64,000 nt of DNA from an archaeon (GTDB lineage: Archaea > EX4484-52 > WAPT01), in the NCBI GenBank assembly GCA_029258795.1, contig JAPDKB010000007.1:96001-160000 (forward strand). The letters are read 5' to 3'. The notes beneath the pieces are model-generated. The model saw only the letters and a program-made list of their open reading frames with translations. It did not search any database and was not told where the DNA came from. This document shows, piece after piece, positions 35,646 to 46,075 of this stretch (position 1 is its first letter; every line of letters begins with the position of its first letter). A program made the position numbers and the translations under genes.

Positions 35646-35723
35646 GGTGTAGCGTGAGGAAAAAGAATTTTTAAAGATGGCGGAGAAAAATTTAAAATAG
35701 TAATCATTTTATAGTGGTTGCAC

Positions 35724-37082
35724 ATGAGGAGATGTGATGAGATAAAGAGGTTGATGGAGAAGGAATACGAAACTGCTTTAGCTAATGTAATATCGAGAGT
35801 CGGGAGAAGAAAGGGTGAAACTGGAAGTGTTGAAAGTTATGAACTTGCCAGCGCGATTTCTAACGAGCTTGAAAAGAGATTGCCTGTTATTGAAAGGAAG
35901 ATTCTGAAGAAGGTCCAGAAGGAAATTGAGCCCGGTTTGAGAGGGGTGATAGAGAGTGGTGCTTATCTCAATCTTGTGGAAGGTGATGACCCTCACACCG
36001 TCCTGAATTTCCTCAACCAGATTTATGATGCCATCAAAAACTATCTTGATGTTGATTTCAAAAACCAGATGAGGCGTGTGATTTTAGAGCTGGAAGATGT
36101 TGTGGAAAACAGTGAGAGATCGCTCAAAGACCTTTTCTTGGCTCAGGAGCTGGGTGGGGGCAAAGTCGTTGATGCTATCTATAATTTTTTGGAAAATCAG
36201 AGCAAGATTTCGGAGGAATTTGCGGAAAAGAGGTACGATCTTCTTAAGGACATTAGCTCCATGACAGGCGAAATTCAATTCCTCAAACCGGAAATGCCTC
36301 AATTTTATCACGACTCTGAGAATATCTGCCGGAAAATCGAGGAGGTTAGAGATGGAGTTCTCTACATTCCGGAAGAAGGGAAATACACTTATGCAAGTTA
36401 CACAGCCGAAGATGTCAGGCGACTTCACGCATTACCACTTTTCTGGCTCCTCGAAAAGAGTGTGGAGAGAAATCATGGCGAGTTGAGGGAGGAGAAAAAA
36501 GGAAAATTCGTAACTGACCCTAAAATTGTCAGGAGTCATGGCAGTGAGGTTTTCCATACCTTTAACTTCAAGGATCCTGTGATGGTTTATGCTGTGGTTG
36601 TTAAGACATCCTATCCTGAATTGCATTCCTACCCGCGAACCATAAGAAATGAAATTGTTGGTACGCTCATGGTGAGAGATAGTATTCTAGCTGAGAAAAT
36701 AAGTGATGATGTTTACCGCGGGCTGAAAGAGCAGGGAATTGAGGATGAGGAAATGGTTCATTATGTGCATAGATTTCCAGAAAAGATTGTGGGAGAAGAG
36801 AAGAGGGATGAGGTTCTGGAGAGAGCGGGAGTGGTTGATTTGGTCATAAGGAGGCTTTATGCTGACGGCATAGATATCAATTCTTCCAGGAAAAAGAAGG
36901 GCAGAGCAAAGGGTATGGAGATTCTTGGGGCAGCTGAATATTACGTGTTAGCTTCTCATCTCAACATGCCTTACCTTGATGCTGCAGAGATAGCTTTTGG
37001 TGATAAGTCGAAGTTCATATTATACGTGGTTGAGAATACGAAGTACAGAAGAAGGGGCGAGGGCGAGCTCGTGGAGTGCTGA
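35724..37082 (+). CDS. Hypothetical protein
   Basis: Long ORF with native E/K-rich composition; upstream TTTAAA box; no recognisable motif. Confidence 0.75.
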   Translation: MRRCDEIKRLMEKEYETALANVISRVGRRKGETGSVESYELASAISNELEKRLPVIERKILKKVQKEIEPGLRGVIESGAYLNLVEGDDPHTVLNFLNQIYDAIKNYLDVDFKNQMRRVILELEDVVENSERSLKDLFLAQELGGGKVVDAIYNFLENQSKISEEFAEKRYDLLKDISSMTGEIQFLKPEMPQFYHDSENICRKIEEVRDGVLYIPEEGKYTYASYTAEDVRRLHALPLFWLLEKSVERNHGELREEKKGKFVTDPKIVRSHGSEVFHTFNFKDPVMVYAVVVKTSYPELHSYPRTIRNEIVGTLMVRDSILAEKISDDVYRGLKEQGIEDEEMVHYVHRFPEKIVGEEKRDEVLERAGVVDLVIRRLYADGIDINSSRKKKGRAKGMEILGAAEYYVLASHLNMPYLDAAEIAFGDKSKFILYVVENTKYRRRGEGELVEC

Positions 37083-37262
37083 GAATGTCTTTCCTTACAT
37101 TGTTTTTCTGATTTATTTACTCCAGCATATAAAAATATATAAAGAACTTGATACTCATGAAAAAGCAGGCACGAGCACCGTCCGGGAGAGCGAATTAGAT
37201 GCTCTCCTTCTTTCTACTTCTTATCGATGCAAATTTAACCTTGAGGTTGTAAAAGATACGCG

Positions 37263-37898
37263 ATGCGAATGGAGCTGATCTCCAAGGGAGCTGAAGCGGA
37301 CATACTTTTGAAGGAAAGTAGAGGAAGAAAGGTTGTAATCAAGAAAAGGGTGCCCAAAAGGTACAGAGTCAGGAAGCTTGATGTGATGCTCAGGAAGAGC
37401 AGGAACAGACACGAAATAAAGCTGATGGAAAAAGCCATGCAGGCTGGCGTTACCGTGCCAAAGATTGTGGGGAAGAGTACGTTCTTCTTCGAGATGGAGT
37501 ATGTGGAGGGGAAAAAGCTGAAGGACGTGCTGAATGAAAATAACTGCGAGAGATATGCAAAAGAGCTTGGCAGAATGGTCGCGGGGCTCCACAATGCAGG
37601 CATAATTCATGGAGATATAACCACCAGCAATGTTATTGTTGAGGAGAAAAGCAAAGAGCTCGTTCTGATCGATTTCGGACTGGGCTTTTTTTCCACAAGC
37701 GCTGAAGACATGGCCACCGATATTCACGTGCTTGAGGAAACGACTTATGCTACACATCCCGATCTTGCTGCAAGGTTCATGAGCGCTTTCTTCGAGAATT
37801 ATTTTGAGGTGCTGGAGAGCAGGAAAAAAGAAGAGGTCAAAAAGAGACTTGAGATGATAAGAAAGCGAGGCAGGTATGTTAGAAAGCGAGCAGAGTAA
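37263..37898 (+). CDS. bud32: KEOPS kinase/ATPase Bud32
   Basis: KGAEA, KKRVPKRYR...LD, HGDITTSN, IDFGL, EDMATD, KRGRY. Confidence 0.93.
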   Translation: MRMELISKGAEADILLKESRGRKVVIKKRVPKRYRVRKLDVMLRKSRNRHEIKLMEKAMQAGVTVPKIVGKSTFFFEMEYVEGKKLKDVLNENNCERYAKELGRMVAGLHNAGIIHGDITTSNVIVEEKSKELVLIDFGLGFFSTSAEDMATDIHVLEETTYATHPDLAARFMSAFFENYFEVLESRKKEEVKKRLEMIRKRGRYVRKRAE

Positions 37899-37952
37899 TC
37901 ATGCAAGAGTCATCACAAAAGTTTATATGGAGGTAAGAGCGTAGATTTAACC

Positions 37953-40601
37953 ATGAACTTTCATTCTAAGGACTGGCAGGAGGTCGTTAAAGAGTTGGGA
38001 TCTGATGCCAAGAAAGGGTTGAATGAGAGAGAGGTAAAGAGACGGCTGGAGAAGTACGGCAAGAACAAGATAGAGATGGAGAGAAAGATAAGCCCTCTAA
38101 AAATCTTTCTGGAGCAGTTCACAAGCCCTCTCGTGCTGATTTTGATAGCTGCGGCCATAATATCTTATTTTGCTGGTGGTTCTGAAAACCACACCGAGGT
38201 TTTTCTCATTCTCTTCATCGTGATTGCGAACGGCATTTTTGGCTTTGTTCAGGACTACAAAGCTGAAAGAAGCATGGAAGCTCTCAGGAAGATGATGGTC
38301 ACAAAGGCGAGAGTGTTGAGAGATGGTGCTGTCAGGGAGATTGATGCAAGCGAGCTTGTGCCGGGAGATATGATCCTACTGGAGGAAGGAGACAAGGTAC
38401 CTGCCGATGCGCGCATAATAGAGTGTAAGAATTTGCTTGTGAATGAAGCTGTTCTGACGGGAGAGAGTGTGGCTGTGGAGAAAACGCCAGAAAAGGTTGG
38501 TGAGGATGTCCCCCTTGCTGAGAGAAGAAACATGCTTTATGCAAACACCTTTGTGGAGAGGGGGAAGGCAAAAGCTATTGTTATTGCTACAGGCCTCAAC
38601 ACGGAGTTTGGCAAGATAGCGAGGGAGGTGGCTGAAGCTGAAAAACCACCCACACCTTTTGAGGAGGAGCTATCATCTCTCGGTAAAAAAATTTCAGTAA
38701 TGGTCATCGTGCTCATAGCCATCATATTTATAACTCAACTCATCTTTGCACATCTGAGCTTTCTTGAAACCCTGATGGTGGCGGTTAGCCTTGCAGTTGC
38801 TGCCATTCCAGAAGGCCTGCCCGCTGTGGTTACCATAGCTCTCGCACTCGGTACAAAAAAGATGCTTAAACACAACGCTCTGGCAAGGCGGCTTTCTGTA
38901 GTGGAATCGCTGGGCTCAGTCAATGTGATATGTACAGATAAGACGGGCACGCTCACCGAAAACAAGATGACTGCTCGCGTCATCTATGCAGGAGGTGAGC
39001 TTTACGAGGTTACGGGTACAGGCTACGATGTGGATGGCGCAATTCTTAAAGATGGTGCAAGAGTTAGCGTGAAAAGCGTCAAACCCCTCAAGATGGCACT
39101 GCTTTGTGGAGCTCTGTGTAATGATTCCGTTGTGCGGGTGAAAGAAGATGGAGGTGTTGAAACGAGCGGTGATGCCACCGAAATAGCTCTCAAGATTCTT
39201 GCGATGAAAGGTAGCGTGTCCTTTGACTATCCCCGCCTTGATGAGGTGCCATTTTCATCCGAGCGCAAAATGATGTCCACCCTGAACAGAGTGGGGGATC
39301 GCGTTTATCTTTTCGTGAAAGGTGCTCCCGAAATTGTGGTGAAGAAATGTAACAGGATAATGAAGAACGGGAAGGTTCTGCCCATAAATGATAAGGAAAG
39401 GGAAGAAGTGCTGAAGAAAAACAACGATATGGCCTCAAAGGGGCTGAGGGTGCTGGCTTTAGCTTACAAGGAAGTAGCGTCTGATAACACTTCCATCAGT
39501 GAGGAGGATGAGAACGAGCTTGTACTCATTGGACTCGTTGGAATAATGGACCCACCGCGCAAGGAGGTTCCGAAAGCTGTTGAAGTGGCTAAAAAAGCGG
39601 GCATACGGGTTGTGATGATAACCGGCGATAATATTCTGACGGCAAGGGCTGTGGCAAGAGAAGTTGGAATAGAGGGCAATGCAATAGAGTGCTGGAAGCT
39701 GGACGAGATGAACGATGAGGAGTTTAGAGATACTGTGCTGGAATGCAACATTTTTGCCAGGGCTTCTCCTTCCCATAAGGTGAAGATACTGAAGGTCCTT
39801 CAGGAGGAAGGGTATGTTGTGGGTATGACTGGAGATGGTGTGAATGATGCTCCCGCCGTGAAAAATGCGGATGTTGGTATAAGTATGGGCATGCGTGGCA
39901 CGGATGTTACAAAGTCCGCTTCCGACATGGTTCTGCTTGATGACAACTTTGCCACGATAGTTGCTGCCGTGCGCGAGGGCAGAACCATCTTCACCAACAT
40001 AAGGAAGTTCGTGAATTATTTGCTCTCTGCAAACTTAGCGGAGGTTCTGGCAGTGTTCATTCTCTCTCTAAAGGGCTTTGTGGCGTTAACGCCAGTGCAG
40101 CTTCTCTGGATAAACCTGCTTACGGATGGATTTCCAGCTCTGGCACTGGGGGCTGATCCTGCTCCACCGGACATCATGAAAAGAAAGCCGAAGAAGAAGG
40201 GAGAAGGAGTCATAACCAAACCGGTTATGGCGAGCATACTCACAACGGGTGTGCTGCTTAGCATTATGCTTGTAATCCTGTTTTTGTATGGGTTAAAGAA
40301 GAGTTTGATTTACGCGCAGACCATGATATTTACTGGCTTTGTCTTTTATGAATTCGTGCGAATAGGAGTAATAAGAAATCATGACAGGCTTTCCTTCATG
40401 TCCAATAAGTGGCTTGTGCTCGCGCTTTTGTCCGCGGTAGCTCTGCAGCTCCTCATAATCTTCACACCACTTTGCTCTTACTTTGGGGCTGTTGAAATCA
40501 GCATGAAAGATATGCTGGTGATTATCATAGGGGGTGTGGTTCTTTACATAGCCAACATACTGACCGATAGAGTTGTCTGGAAGAAAATGAGCTCAGAATG
40601 A
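37953..40601 (+). CDS. P-type (P2A, Ca2+-type) cation-transporting ATPase
   Basis: [43 protein letters not shown]. Confidence 0.95.
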   Translation: MNFHSKDWQEVVKELGSDAKKGLNEREVKRRLEKYGKNKIEMERKISPLKIFLEQFTSPLVLILIAAAIISYFAGGSENHTEVFLILFIVIANGIFGFVQDYKAERSMEALRKMMVTKARVLRDGAVREIDASELVPGDMILLEEGDKVPADARIIECKNLLVNEAVLTGESVAVEKTPEKVGEDVPLAERRNMLYANTFVERGKAKAIVIATGLNTEFGKIAREVAEAEKPPTPFEEELSSLGKKISVMVIVLIAIIFITQLIFAHLSFLETLMVAVSLAVAAIPEGLPAVVTIALALGTKKMLKHNALARRLSVVESLGSVNVICTDKTGTLTENKMTARVIYAGGELYEVTGTGYDVDGAILKDGARVSVKSVKPLKMALLCGALCNDSVVRVKEDGGVETSGDATEIALKILAMKGSVSFDYPRLDEVPFSSERKMMSTLNRVGDRVYLFVKGAPEIVVKKCNRIMKNGKVLPINDKEREEVLKKNNDMASKGLRVLALAYKEVASDNTSISEEDENELVLIGLVGIMDPPRKEVPKAVEVAKKAGIRVVMITGDNILTARAVAREVGIEGNAIECWKLDEMNDEEFRDTVLECNIFARASPSHKVKILKVLQEEGYVVGMTGDGVNDAPAVKNADVGISMGMRGTDVTKSASDMVLLDDNFATIVAAVREGRTIFTNIRKFVNYLLSANLAEVLAVFILSLKGFVALTPVQLLWINLLTDGFPALALGADPAPPDIMKRKPKKKGEGVITKPVMASILTTGVLLSIMLVILFLYGLKKSLIYAQTMIFTGFVFYEFVRIGVIRNHDRLSFMSNKWLVLALLSAVALQLLIIFTPLCSYFGAVEISMKDMLVIIIGGVVLYIANILTDRVVWKKMSSE

Positions 40602-40624
40602 AAGAAAAAGGTTTAAAGATGGTG

Positions 40625-41083
40625 CTAGCTCTGCACCAGAATCTTTGCCTTCTCTGGGTCGTACTTCCAGTCAGCGGGCAACTTGCCCTTCCTGACGTAA
40701 TATTTGCCTAAACGCCTTATTTTTGATTCGAGAAGCATCAAAGCGTGTTTTGATCTCGTATCCTTCTTGTTCTTCTCGAGGTGCTTTCTCAAGTTCACAG
40801 CTCTTCTCAGCAGGTTGAGTAGGTCCTCCGGAATTTCGGAAGCAAGACCCCTTTCCTCCAGAATCTTGGTCATCTTCTTTCCAACAACATCCTTCACGCT
40901 GGTTATGCCGTACTGATCTCTTAAAATAAGACCTATCTGGGCTGAGCTATAGCCCTGCTTTCTCAGCTTTTCAACTAAAGCTATCACTTCCTCCGGCTTG
41001 TAATCGATCCATGGCGGCTTTCCCTTGCGCGGAGGTCTGTGGCTTCCGGATCTTCCCCTCTTCCTTGCGTAGATTCTTGCCAT
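40625..41083 (-). CDS. rps15: 30S ribosomal protein S15 (uS15)
   Basis: [41 protein letters not shown]. Confidence 0.97.
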   Translation of the reverse strand: MARIYARKRGRSGSHRPPRKGKPPWIDYKPEEVIALVEKLRKQGYSSAQIGLILRDQYGITSVKDVVGKKMTKILEERGLASEIPEDLLNLLRRAVNLRKHLEKNKKDTRSKHALMLLESKIRRLGKYYVRKGKLPADWKYDPEKAKILVQS

Positions 41084-41152
41084 CTCGCACCACTCTATAC
41101 TTTAGTCACGATGCTTTATTTACAGCAGTAAGTTTTTTAAGGTTTATTGCGG

Positions 41153-41701
41153 TTACCGCCCTGTTTGTTTTTCCAGCTTCCTGTAAGCTTTCCTCAGCGC
41201 TTCCCTTATCCTGTTCCTGTTTTTCCTGAAGCTTCCATCAAGCATGGCAGCGGCTCTCTTTATGCTTCCCGCCTGAAGATAAAGCTCGAGCAGCTTCCTT
41301 TCTTCATCTTTTAGTTTGAGCTTCTCCAGAGCTTCCTTAGCAAGTTCTTTAAGGTCGCGCTCTCCATAATATACTGCCTCGGGTCTTTTAGCCTGCTGAA
41401 ATGGAAAAAGGGTGAACCTGATCACGTAAACCTCCTCCGGCTTTGAGCCGTAACATGAAAGGAGCTCTTCCTTCAGCTCCTCCAAGCTTTCAAACCCATC
41501 CCGCTTTGCATCCTCATCGCTTAGCTCTTCAAACCATTTCTTCTCCACACTTTCGATGATTGCTTCTCCTATCATCTCTCCTCCGCAGTGCACCACAACT
41601 ACCTCTCCCTTCTTCAGGTTGCAATCCTTTCTTATCGTGGCTTTCTTCCTGCCAGAAAGCAAATCTTCCTTATATTTACCCTTGAATTCCAGATGTTTCA
41701 T
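41153..41701 (-). CDS. ASCH domain protein with C-terminal helical/HTH extension
   Basis: LSGRKKATIR, DAKRDGFES..EL, VYVIRF. Confidence 0.85.
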   Translation of the reverse strand: MKHLEFKGKYKEDLLSGRKKATIRKDCNLKKGEVVVVHCGGEMIGEAIIESVEKKWFEELSDEDAKRDGFESLEELKEELLSCYGSKPEEVYVIRFTLFPFQQAKRPEAVYYGERDLKELAKEALEKLKLKDEERKLLELYLQAGSIKRAAAMLDGSFRKNRNRIREALRKAYRKLEKQTGR

Positions 41702-41831
41702 GTCATTCACCTTAATGCTCATAATTTTTAGGTTTTCCCACATCACCATTCATTTCTGAATTTAAATAAATTCAACATCTAAAAGTGGTAATTTTATGGA
41801 ATATATATTTAAATTAAGCACCTAAAAAGTA

Positions 41832-42500
41832 ATGTTCATGGATGAAAAAACAGCATATAGATTATTGGAAGAATATGTAGATGAAGGTGTTGTAGAGATA
41901 GATGAACGCGGTATAATTACTTGGGTAAACCGAAAAGCAGCAGAATCGATGAAATATGAAAGAGAGGAGATGGTCGGGAAACACTATCTTGAGTTCGTTC
42001 ACTCAGATTACAGGGATGACGCCGGAAGAATTTATGAGGAAGTTTTAAAATGGGGAAGTTATGAGTTTCCAGCATTAACTGTTGTTTTTCCGCTGGTTAA
42101 AAGGAATGGGGAAATGTTGTATGGAGAGGTTCGATTTTCGAATGTTATTGATGAAAAAGGTTCAAGATATTCCGTTCTATTTATTAGAGATAGGACGGAG
42201 GAGTACGAATTGTTAATGGAACTTGAGGAACTCAATAAAGAATATGGAATAATTGTGGATTTATTACGAAATTTTCTAGCAATACCTCTTGCGTACGCAG
42301 ATATATTGAAGTATGAAAATCTGGCTCCGAAAGATAAAGATAAAATAGTTGGAAGATTACTTGAGGTGCTGTCTGAAAGAATGCCTCGTATTTCCGAAAC
42401 CCTTCAAGAATTGGATGATACCTGGTTAAGGGTGCTAGCCACAATAAAGAATTTAAAAAGGAAATACCTTCCCGCTGATGGCAGAGAATTTAAATCATAA
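41832..42500 (+). CDS. PAS domain protein with His-less HisKA-like helix and no ATPase domain
   Basis: IDERGIITWVN...YEREEMVGKHYLEFVH, KRNGE, IRDRTE; VDLLRNFLAIPLAYADIL. Confidence 0.75.
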   Translation: MFMDEKTAYRLLEEYVDEGVVEIDERGIITWVNRKAAESMKYEREEMVGKHYLEFVHSDYRDDAGRIYEEVLKWGSYEFPALTVVFPLVKRNGEMLYGEVRFSNVIDEKGSRYSVLFIRDRTEEYELLMELEELNKEYGIIVDLLRNFLAIPLAYADILKYENLAPKDKDKIVGRLLEVLSERMPRISETLQELDDTWLRVLATIKNLKRKYLPADGREFKS

Positions 42501-42517
42501 ATAAAAAAGAACTCCAC

Positions 42518-44083
42518 ATGACAAGTTTGGCACGTGCCTGCGCTACAGAAATAGCGGAGAAGATCAGAAATGGTGAGATAAGGACAAAGGAAGAGCTGGA
42601 GGATGTAAAGCGCGTTCTGAGCAAGAAGTGGAATCTCGCTGCACTGATCCGCAACTCCGATATTCTGAAGGTGCTGTCTCCAGAGGAACGGGAGAAGTTC
42701 AAACACCTATTGCTTAAAAGACCCGTGAGAAGCGCTTCCGGAGTGGTGGTTGTGGCCGTGATGACGCCTCCCACAAAATGTCCGGGCACGTGCATTTACT
42801 GTCCTCAGGGTAAGGATGCTCCAAAGAGCTACACCGGCTTTGAGCCTGCAACCATGAGAGCGAAGCAGCTCGGCTATGATGGTTACGAGCAAGTGAAATA
42901 TAGATTGAAGCAGCTTGAATCTATAGGACATGCGGTGCAGAAGGTCGAGCTGATCCTGATGGGTGGTACTTTTCCAGCTTTACCTGCTGAAGAGCAGAGA
43001 ATCTTTGTTAAGAGGTGTTTCGATGCGCTCAACGGCGTTGAAGCAAGCTCGCTTGAGGAAGCGCACAAAATGAATGAGGGGGCAAGGCATAGATGCGTTG
43101 CTCTAACCATAGAAACCAGGCCGGATTATTGCAAGCAGGAGCACATAAACCTCATGCTTGAGCTGGGCACAACGAGAGTTGAGCTTGGTGTGCAGACGCT
43201 TGACGAAAGAGTGCTGGAACTCGTGAAGAGGGGCCACACCATCAGAGATGTTGTGGAGGCAACGCAACTGCTCAAGGATTCCGGTCTGAAAGTTTGCTAT
43301 CACATGATGCCGGGATTGTTCCAGAGCAAGGAGGAAGATGTTGCCATGTTCAAAAAACTCTTCACTGATGAGCGATTCATGCCTGACATGCTGAAGATCT
43401 ACCCCGTGCTTGTAATAGAGGGCACCACACTTTACGATATGTGGAAACGTGGTGAGTTCAAACCGCTAAGCAGTGAGGGGGCTGCCGAGCTCATAGCCGA
43501 GGTGAAGAGATTTGTGCCAGAATGGTGCCGCATTATGAGGGTGCAGCGTGACATTCCAGCCAATCTCATAGTGGATGGGGTCAAAGCAAGCAACCTGAGG
43601 GAGCTTGCGCTTGAGAAAGCAGAAAGGATGGGTGTTAAGTGCAGGTGCATAAGATGCAGGGAAGCCGGGCACAGGTACTACAAGCACGACGTGCTTCCTG
43701 AAAAGCCAGAAGTTGTGGTGAGGGAGTACAGAGCCTCAAAGGGCAGGGAGTTCTTCATAAGCTACGAAGACTTGAGCAATGATGTCCTGCTCGGGTTCTG
43801 CAGGCTGAGGTTTCCTTACAGGCCCTTTAGAGAGGAGCTGAAGGAAAACACGGCCATAGTGAGGGAGCTGAAGGTGTTTGGAGCCGCGCTACCTCTTTCA
43901 GTAAGAAGCGGATTCAGCTTTCAGCACAGAGGTATAGGGAGGATGCTGATGGAAAAGGCCGAGGAAATTGCGAGAGGAGATGGATATGAGAAACTTGCGG
44001 TCATCTCGGCCATTGGCACGAGAGAGTACTACAGAAAGCTCGGATATGAAAGGAGGGGAGCGTATATGGTTAAAGAGCTGTAA
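42518..44083 (+). CDS. elp3: Elp3 tRNA uridine(34) carboxymethylation enzyme (radical SAM + KAT)
   Basis: SASGVVVVAVM, CPGTCIYCP, ETRPD, LKIYP, RVQRDIP, CRCIRCRE, FQHRGIG. Confidence 0.96.
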   Translation: MTSLARACATEIAEKIRNGEIRTKEELEDVKRVLSKKWNLAALIRNSDILKVLSPEEREKFKHLLLKRPVRSASGVVVVAVMTPPTKCPGTCIYCPQGKDAPKSYTGFEPATMRAKQLGYDGYEQVKYRLKQLESIGHAVQKVELILMGGTFPALPAEEQRIFVKRCFDALNGVEASSLEEAHKMNEGARHRCVALTIETRPDYCKQEHINLMLELGTTRVELGVQTLDERVLELVKRGHTIRDVVEATQLLKDSGLKVCYHMMPGLFQSKEEDVAMFKKLFTDERFMPDMLKIYPVLVIEGTTLYDMWKRGEFKPLSSEGAAELIAEVKRFVPEWCRIMRVQRDIPANLIVDGVKASNLRELALEKAERMGVKCRCIRCREAGHRYYKHDVLPEKPEVVVREYRASKGREFFISYEDLSNDVLLGFCRLRFPYRPFREELKENTAIVRELKVFGAALPLSVRSGFSFQHRGIGRMLMEKAEEIARGDGYEKLAVISAIGTREYYRKLGYERRGAYMVKEL

Positions 44084-44113
44084 GGAGAAAATTAGATGGT
44101 GTGCTGGCTTCTT

Positions 44114-44542
44114 TCAGCTTCTGTGTTTAAGGTGCTTCTTTACCATCTCCAGAAACTCCTCTGCATCTCTGATTGCTTCCAGCGCATCCACTTTTGAGCA
44201 GATATCTCCTCTGTACTGGATCGCGTGTCTTGAAATTCTGTAGGAATCAAGCACGTTCAAGAAATTGCGGATTTCCTCATTTTCTTTAAGTTTTTCTTTC
44301 AGAAATTCGATCATGGCCAGGTGGCTTCTTTCCTTTACACCAAAAGAAAAGAGCAAGGCCCGTGCAGAGTGGAACATGCTGTTGTAGGCCAGAATGAACG
44401 CGACATCAAAGTATCCAATCTCCACGTTTCCCTTTGCCCTTTCCAGAAATCTCTCCGCGAGCTCCAAGCTCCCTTTGATCTCCTCCTCGCCCACCTTTCC
44501 TTTCTGGAGCAAACCCTCCCGAAAATAATCATCGACACTCAT
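44114..44542 (-). CDS. HEPN domain toxin
   Basis: AYNSMFHSARALL, KERSH, SRHAIQY (Rx4Y); ATG overlaps the MNT stop. Confidence 0.88.
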   Translation of the reverse strand: MSVDDYFREGLLQKGKVGEEEIKGSLELAERFLERAKGNVEIGYFDVAFILAYNSMFHSARALLFSFGVKERSHLAMIEFLKEKLKENEEIRNFLNVLDSYRISRHAIQYRGDICSKVDALEAIRDAEEFLEMVKKHLKHRS

Positions 44543-45084
44543 AGCTCCGCACCAAAAAGCAAGATGCTGTTGCCTGTAACGGATTGAACAAAAGCATCTT
44601 TTCTCCTTTTCAGGTTTCTCCACTCACCTACAGTGAAAACCTGAATTTTGACTTCTTTCCCAGTCACATTTTCAAGTTCTTTTAATCTATCAAGTTTAAG
44701 CTGTTTTCTTTGAGAAACCACCAATAGATCTATATCGGAACTTTTATCATAAGTTCCGGACGCATGACTACCGTAGAGCAGCACGCTTATCACGCTGTTT
44801 TCTTTCGCAAACTTTAGAATGAATGGATAAATAACATCGACAATGTAAAAGACTTTCAGCTGTCTAGTTAACGCGTTATCGGCCAGAGAGTAAAGGAGCA
44901 GGTTCGCTTTTCTCCTCTCCTCCAGCACTCCTGCCTCCTTGTAAAACTTTAGGTAGTAATTTGCGGTTTGCGGACTCACTCCTATTTTCTTTGCCAATCC
45001 CTGTACGTGAATCTCCCCGCCTTCTCTAAGAAAGAACTCCAGAACTTTCCATCCCCTGAATTTTCTCCATTCCTCGACTATCAT
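44539..45084 (-). CDS. wHTH-MNT nucleotidyltransferase antitoxin
   Basis: HTH LAKKIGVSPQTA; LYGSHASGTYDKSSDIDL. Confidence 0.9.
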   Translation of the reverse strand: MIVEEWRKFRGWKVLEFFLREGGEIHVQGLAKKIGVSPQTANYYLKFYKEAGVLEERRKANLLLYSLADNALTRQLKVFYIVDVIYPFILKFAKENSVISVLLYGSHASGTYDKSSDIDLLVVSQRKQLKLDRLKELENVTGKEVKIQVFTVGEWRNLKRRKDAFVQSVTGNSILLFGAEL

Positions 45085-45092
45085 GTTAATAA

Positions 45093-45138
45093 ATCATACG
45101 ATTGTATGATATATAAAATTTTCGTTTGATTAATCAAA
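45093..45138. promoter_or_regulatory. Palindromic operators flanking the MNT-HEPN TATA box
   Basis: ATCATAC-GATT-GTATGAT (45093-45110) and TTTGATTAATCAAA (45125-45138) either side of minus-strand CGAAAATTTTATAT. Confidence 0.55.
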
Positions 45139-45254
45139 TTGTTCTCCTTCAACTCACATCATTTGAGGGCTGCGATTTCCAAAAACTTTTTAAATTCACA
45201 CGCGGAAATTACCGACTGGTTAAACATCATGTGAGTACTTTTCGGTGGTGTTGT

Positions 45255-45959
45255 GTGCCCTACAGGGACAGGGTCGAGAAAAGCTTGAAGGAACTGCTGA
45301 AGAAGGGTTTATGGCAGGGTAGATTTGTAAAGAAGAACGAGACCGGCTTCAATAAATATGATGATCAGAAGGGCCGGCAGATTAAGGGTAAAGATTCAGA
45401 TGGAGCTTATACTGTCGTTAAGAGTACTGCAGGTTATTACTCTTTCGGAAAAGACGGAAGCTGGGATAGGTTGTGGGCGGTAATGAGAGTGAAGGAGTAC
45501 GGTAGTGATGGACACTCTACAATCTCTTACATCCCTCATCTTGCTGCTGAAGCTCTGATGAAGAAAGCTCATGATGAGTTTGCCCCGTGGGTTGGGGTTA
45601 AGATCGGGCTGACCGAGCTTGGTTACGTTCCCAAGGAGGTCTATTTGGATGGGAGGAGCGTTAACATCGAGCACCTTTTGATGAAAGATGGGGGTATGGC
45701 AGATGATGTGGAAAGTGTGGATGATATCTACAGCAGGATTGCCGCAGGGCTATCCAAGGTTTGTGAAGAAAGAGATATGAGAGTTAGTGAGGAATTCATG
45801 ACTTACTTCTTTCTGCACCTCAAAAAGTATCTTCAGGAGTACATCATCTCAAGAATTGATGCAGATGCCACGCTCACTCCAGCGGAGCGAGAAAAGTTGA
45901 AAAAGGAAGCTGAAGAGATCATATGGTTCGTTGAAAAGAGAGTGGATAAAGTCTCGTAG
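45255..45959 (+). CDS. Hypothetical protein
   Basis: GTG 45255 after GGTGGTG RBS; no recognisable motif. Confidence 0.7.
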   Translation: MPYRDRVEKSLKELLKKGLWQGRFVKKNETGFNKYDDQKGRQIKGKDSDGAYTVVKSTAGYYSFGKDGSWDRLWAVMRVKEYGSDGHSTISYIPHLAAEALMKKAHDEFAPWVGVKIGLTELGYVPKEVYLDGRSVNIEHLLMKDGGMADDVESVDDIYSRIAAGLSKVCEERDMRVSEEFMTYFFLHLKKYLQEYIISRIDADATLTPAEREKLKKEAEEIIWFVEKRVDKVS

Positions 45960-46075
45960 TCAATTCCGGAGTTCTGATTGCTTACCCTGCAAAGAACATA
46001 TAAATTTTTTCCGCAACACACGTTAATGTGTCCTGCTGGCTAAGAAGGCATGCTGGTGTAACGTGGTGAAAGAAA

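Noticed and set aside
37185-37215. GGAGAGC/GCTCTCC hairpin plus pyrimidine run upstream of bud32 as an H/ACA or K-loop RNA
   Set aside because: The GA/GA pairs are out of register for a K-loop and there is no pseudouridylation pocket or ACA box; it may simply be a terminator.
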